NCBI RefSeq assembly: GCF_937976265.1
Contig: NZ_CALJRX010000256.1
Coordinates: 1 to 34,948 of the forward strand
DNA length: 34,948 nucleotides
Direction of reading: 5' to 3'
DNA from: an uncultured Haemophilus sp.
Lineage (GTDB): Bacteria > Pseudomonadota > Gammaproteobacteria > Enterobacterales > Pasteurellaceae
This document shows positions 32,100-34,948 of this stretch, piece after piece. The number at the start of each line of letters is the position of its first letter. Within the stretch, counting starts at the first letter, position 1. Below the pieces are notes generated by a model. It saw nothing but the letters and a program-made list of their open reading frames with translations, did not search any database and was not told the DNA's origin. The translations under genes were made by a program, and so were the position numbers.

Positions 32100-34472
32100 A
32101 TGTCGTTTAGTAAAGCAGAAAAATTACAAATGTCAGAGGCAGATATTCGTTCCAAGTTTATTACTCCTGCTATTCGTAATGCAGGTTGGAATGAGCGTCA
32201 GATTCGAGAAGAGCATTCATTTAAAGCGGATAAAGAATTTACTGATGGGCAAATGATCGTTGACCCTAAAACAAAAAAAGCGTCTAGAAAACAAGCTAAA
32301 CGAGTAGATTATTTACTTTACCAATCAGCCAACCAAAAAATTGCAGTAGTTGAAGCCAAAGACAATAAACATACATCTCGTGATGGATTACAACAGGCTA
32401 TGGATTATGCGCTTTTACTAAACACTCCCTTTGCTTATAGCTCAAATGGCGATGAATTTGTTGAACACGATTTTTTAACAGGAGTACAGCGTACTTTGCC
32501 GATGAGCCAATTTCCTACTCCTCAAGAACTAGAGGCTCGTTGGGCCAAGCAATATACAGCCGAAGAGCTCAAAATTATTCAACAACCGTACTATACGAGT
32601 GTAAGTGATAACTTTAAAGAACCTCGCTATTATCAAGAAGTTGCAATTAATCGTACTATAGAAGCTGTAGCTAAAGGACAACAACGCATTCTTCTCGTTA
32701 TGGCAACCGGTACAGGTAAGACTTACACGGCCTTTCAAATTATCCATCGTTTAAAAGCCAGTGGAACGAAGAAGAAAATTTTATTTCTTGCAGATAGAAA
32801 TGTACTTGTTGATCAACCAATGACGCAAGATTTTAAGCCATTTAAAGAAACAATGGTAAAAGTGAGTAATAAGACTCTAGATAGCGCATTTGAAGTCTAT
32901 CTAGCTCTTTATCAACAACTTGATGGTTCAGCTGGTAATTCTCTTTTTAAACAGTTTAAACCCTCTTTTTTCGATCTAATTATCATTGATGAGTGTCATC
33001 GCGGGAGTGCTAAAGAGGATTCAAACTGGCGCTCAATTTTAGAATATTTTTCCTCTGCAACCCATATTGGTATGACGGCAACACCAAAAGAAACGGCAGA
33101 TGCAAGTAATATCAGCTATTTTGGTGAGCCAATTTATACTTACAGTTTAAAACAAGGTATTGAAGACGGTTTTCTTGCACCTTACCGTGTAATTCGTGTC
33201 GATTTGGATTGTGATTTGAAAGGTTGGCGACCAACTAAAGGATTGAAGGATAAAGAAGGGCGTGAAATCGAAGATCGCATTTACACTGTAAAAGATTTTG
33301 ATTACAACATTATCTTAGACGATAGAACTCGATTAGTCGCAGAACGTATTACTGAATTTTTAAAGAAAACAGATCGCTTAAGTAAAACTATAGTATTCTG
33401 TGCCAATATCAATCATGCGCAACGAATGGTAGCAGCTCTCTCTCATCTCAATGCTGATATGATGCATAAAAATTCAAAATATGTTTGCCAAATTACAGGT
33501 GATCAATCAGGCAAAAGTGCTGATCTTGAAGCGTTTTGTGATGTTAGTAATGAAAGTAAAGATTACCCCGTGATTGCTGTAACATCAAAGCTGATGACAA
33601 CAGGCGTGGACAGTAAAACTTGCAAATTGGTAGTGCTTGATGCGAACATCAATTCAATGACTGAATTTAAACAAATTATTGGGCGCGGTACACGCTTGCG
33701 TGTCGATGCTGGTAAGGAGTTTTTCACAATTCTTGATTTTCGTGGTGTCACCCGTCTCTTTGCAGATCCTGCTTTCGATGGTGAGCCAGTGGTTATTCTT
33801 GATATCCCAGAAAACGCGCCAATCGTTGATATACCAGAGGATGATATAAATCCAAGAAACCCGAAACAACCTTCCGATAATAAAGTAGAGGAACCACCTC
33901 CTGTTTACAAACCGACTGTAGTTATTAAAGCAGGGACGCTGAATCTCACGATCTTAGATGAAAAAGTGCAATACCTAAATGAACAGGGAAAACTTGTTCT
34001 AGAAGATATTGCAGAATTCTCTCAACGTGAAATCAAGAAAGATTTTACCAATTACGAACAATTCCATTCAAATTGGCTAGAAAGTGGTGATGTTTTCACA
34101 AAATTTTATACTAATGATGAATGGATAAATGCTTTACGGAGAAAGGGCAATATTGGTGTCGATGTTGATACTTTTGATGTGTTAAGAGCAGTCAGTTACG
34201 GTAAAAAACCATTAACTAAAACTGAACGGGCAGACAAAGTTAAACAGAGTGGCTATTTATCTCAATACTCAAGTGAAAACCAAGAGGTTTTAGGTTTATT
34301 ACTTGATGAATATGTGAAATCAGGCTCACAGGATTTAAGCAAAGCTGAGCTTCTTCAAACACCTAAATTTAGTCCATTCGGCGGTTTGGTTTCTATTATA
34401 AATAGTTTCGGCGGCAAAGCACTCTATCAGAAAGCGGTTAAAGGCCTAGAAAAAATCATTTACTCAGAATAA
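32100..34472 (+). CDS. hsdR: Type I restriction endonuclease subunit R (EcoAI/EcoEI-like, Type IB-like)
   Basis: SEADIRSKFITPAI, nuclease VDYLL...VVEAK, MATGTGKT, IIDECHRG, GMTATP, TTGVD, QIIGRGTR, and C-terminal FSPFG...FGG. Confidence 0.93.
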   Translation: MSFSKAEKLQMSEADIRSKFITPAIRNAGWNERQIREEHSFKADKEFTDGQMIVDPKTKKASRKQAKRVDYLLYQSANQKIAVVEAKDNKHTSRDGLQQAMDYALLLNTPFAYSSNGDEFVEHDFLTGVQRTLPMSQFPTPQELEARWAKQYTAEELKIIQQPYYTSVSDNFKEPRYYQEVAINRTIEAVAKGQQRILLVMATGTGKTYTAFQIIHRLKASGTKKKILFLADRNVLVDQPMTQDFKPFKETMVKVSNKTLDSAFEVYLALYQQLDGSAGNSLFKQFKPSFFDLIIIDECHRGSAKEDSNWRSILEYFSSATHIGMTATPKETADASNISYFGEPIYTYSLKQGIEDGFLAPYRVIRVDLDCDLKGWRPTKGLKDKEGREIEDRIYTVKDFDYNIILDDRTRLVAERITEFLKKTDRLSKTIVFCANINHAQRMVAALSHLNADMMHKNSKYVCQITGDQSGKSADLEAFCDVSNESKDYPVIAVTSKLMTTGVDSKTCKLVVLDANINSMTEFKQIIGRGTRLRVDAGKEFFTILDFRGVTRLFADPAFDGEPVVILDIPENAPIVDIPEDDINPRNPKQPSDNKVEEPPPVYKPTVVIKAGTLNLTILDEKVQYLNEQGKLVLEDIAEFSQREIKKDFTNYEQFHSNWLESGDVFTKFYTNDEWINALRRKGNIGVDVDTFDVLRAVSYGKKPLTKTERADKVKQSGYLSQYSSENQEVLGLLLDEYVKSGSQDLSKAELLQTPKFSPFGGLVSIINSFGGKALYQKAVKGLEKIIYSE

Positions 34473-34491
34473 TTAATCACTAAGGAACAAC

Positions 34492-34948
34492 ATGAGCTTA
34501 AATAATCTCGTAAAACGCTTGCAAGATGTTATGCGTAATGATGCAGGTATTAATGGTGACGCACAACGTATTGAACAAATTGTTTGGATTCTCTTTTTAA
34601 AAATTTATGATGCCAAAGAACAGGAATGGAAATTACTTAATGATGGGTATCAATCTATCCTTCCAGATAGATTGAGCTGGGAGAATTGGGCGAAAGATAA
34701 TAAAGATGGCAAAGCAATGACAGGCGAAGCATTATTGAACTTCGTCAACAATGATCTTTTCCCCGTACTGAAAAATCTTCCTGTTTCCCCACAAACACCA
34801 ATGAATCAACGTATTGTTCGTGCAGCTTTTGAAGATAATAACAACTATATGAAAAATGGCGTATTATTACGTCAAGTGATTAATATCATTGATGAAATCA
34901 ACTTTGAGCAATACCAAGAGCGCCATGCTTTTGGGGATATTTATGAAA
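34492..34948 (+). CDS. hsdM: Type I restriction-modification methyltransferase subunit M, 5' part (truncated by window end)
   Basis: Hand translation from the ATG at 34492 (AAGGA RBS): MSLNNLVKRLQDVMRNDAGINGDAQRIEQIVWILFLKIYD...FEDNNNYMKNGVLLRQVIN...ERHAFGDIYE. Confidence 0.92.
   Translation, partial: MSLNNLVKRLQDVMRNDAGINGDAQRIEQIVWILFLKIYDAKEQEWKLLNDGYQSILPDRLSWENWAKDNKDGKAMTGEALLNFVNNDLFPVLKNLPVSPQTPMNQRIVRAAFEDNNNYMKNGVLLRQVINIIDEINFEQYQERHAFGDIYE

Overview
Chromosomal segment of a Pasteurellaceae bacterium, most likely a Haemophilus species and H. parainfluenzae-like (inference). Support: 18 exact AAGTGCGGT uptake signal sequences (USS) found by eye, a CRP-S competence site, and oapA/oapB/protein E. 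The core backbone is ygiC-ygiB-yigB-DUF2251-eno, pyrG, glmU-lspA-ispH-rdgB-ybjQ-comE1, focA-pflB-pflA-pe, efp, and epmB-oapA-oapB-recO-rlmD. Three AT-rich accessory blocks in which I found no exact USS interrupt it. (1) About 6.8 kb of unrelated genes between eno and pyrG: a DUF4153-like membrane protein, a GT2 glycosyltransferase, a secreted YD-repeat-like protein with a cytoplasmic partner, and an orphan membrane-anchored protein. (2) A 3.7 kb two-gene island between pyrG and glmU. It encodes an HscC-type Hsp70 and a J-domain protein (RPD instead of HPD) fused to a polytopic membrane domain, and is bracketed by a perfect 15-bp direct repeat (ATTCTACGATAGAAT) containing a -10 box. (3) A Type I (EcoAI/Type IB-like) restriction-modification locus after rlmD, truncated by the window end. 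Island (2) is the best candidate for an uncharacterised system. Notable non-coding signals are a long hairpin in the pyrG leader and a comE1 promoter combining CRP-S, a USS and a perfect FNR-like box. No rRNA, tRNA, CRISPR array, transposase or integrase was seen. All family calls come from motif recognition by eye, not database searches.
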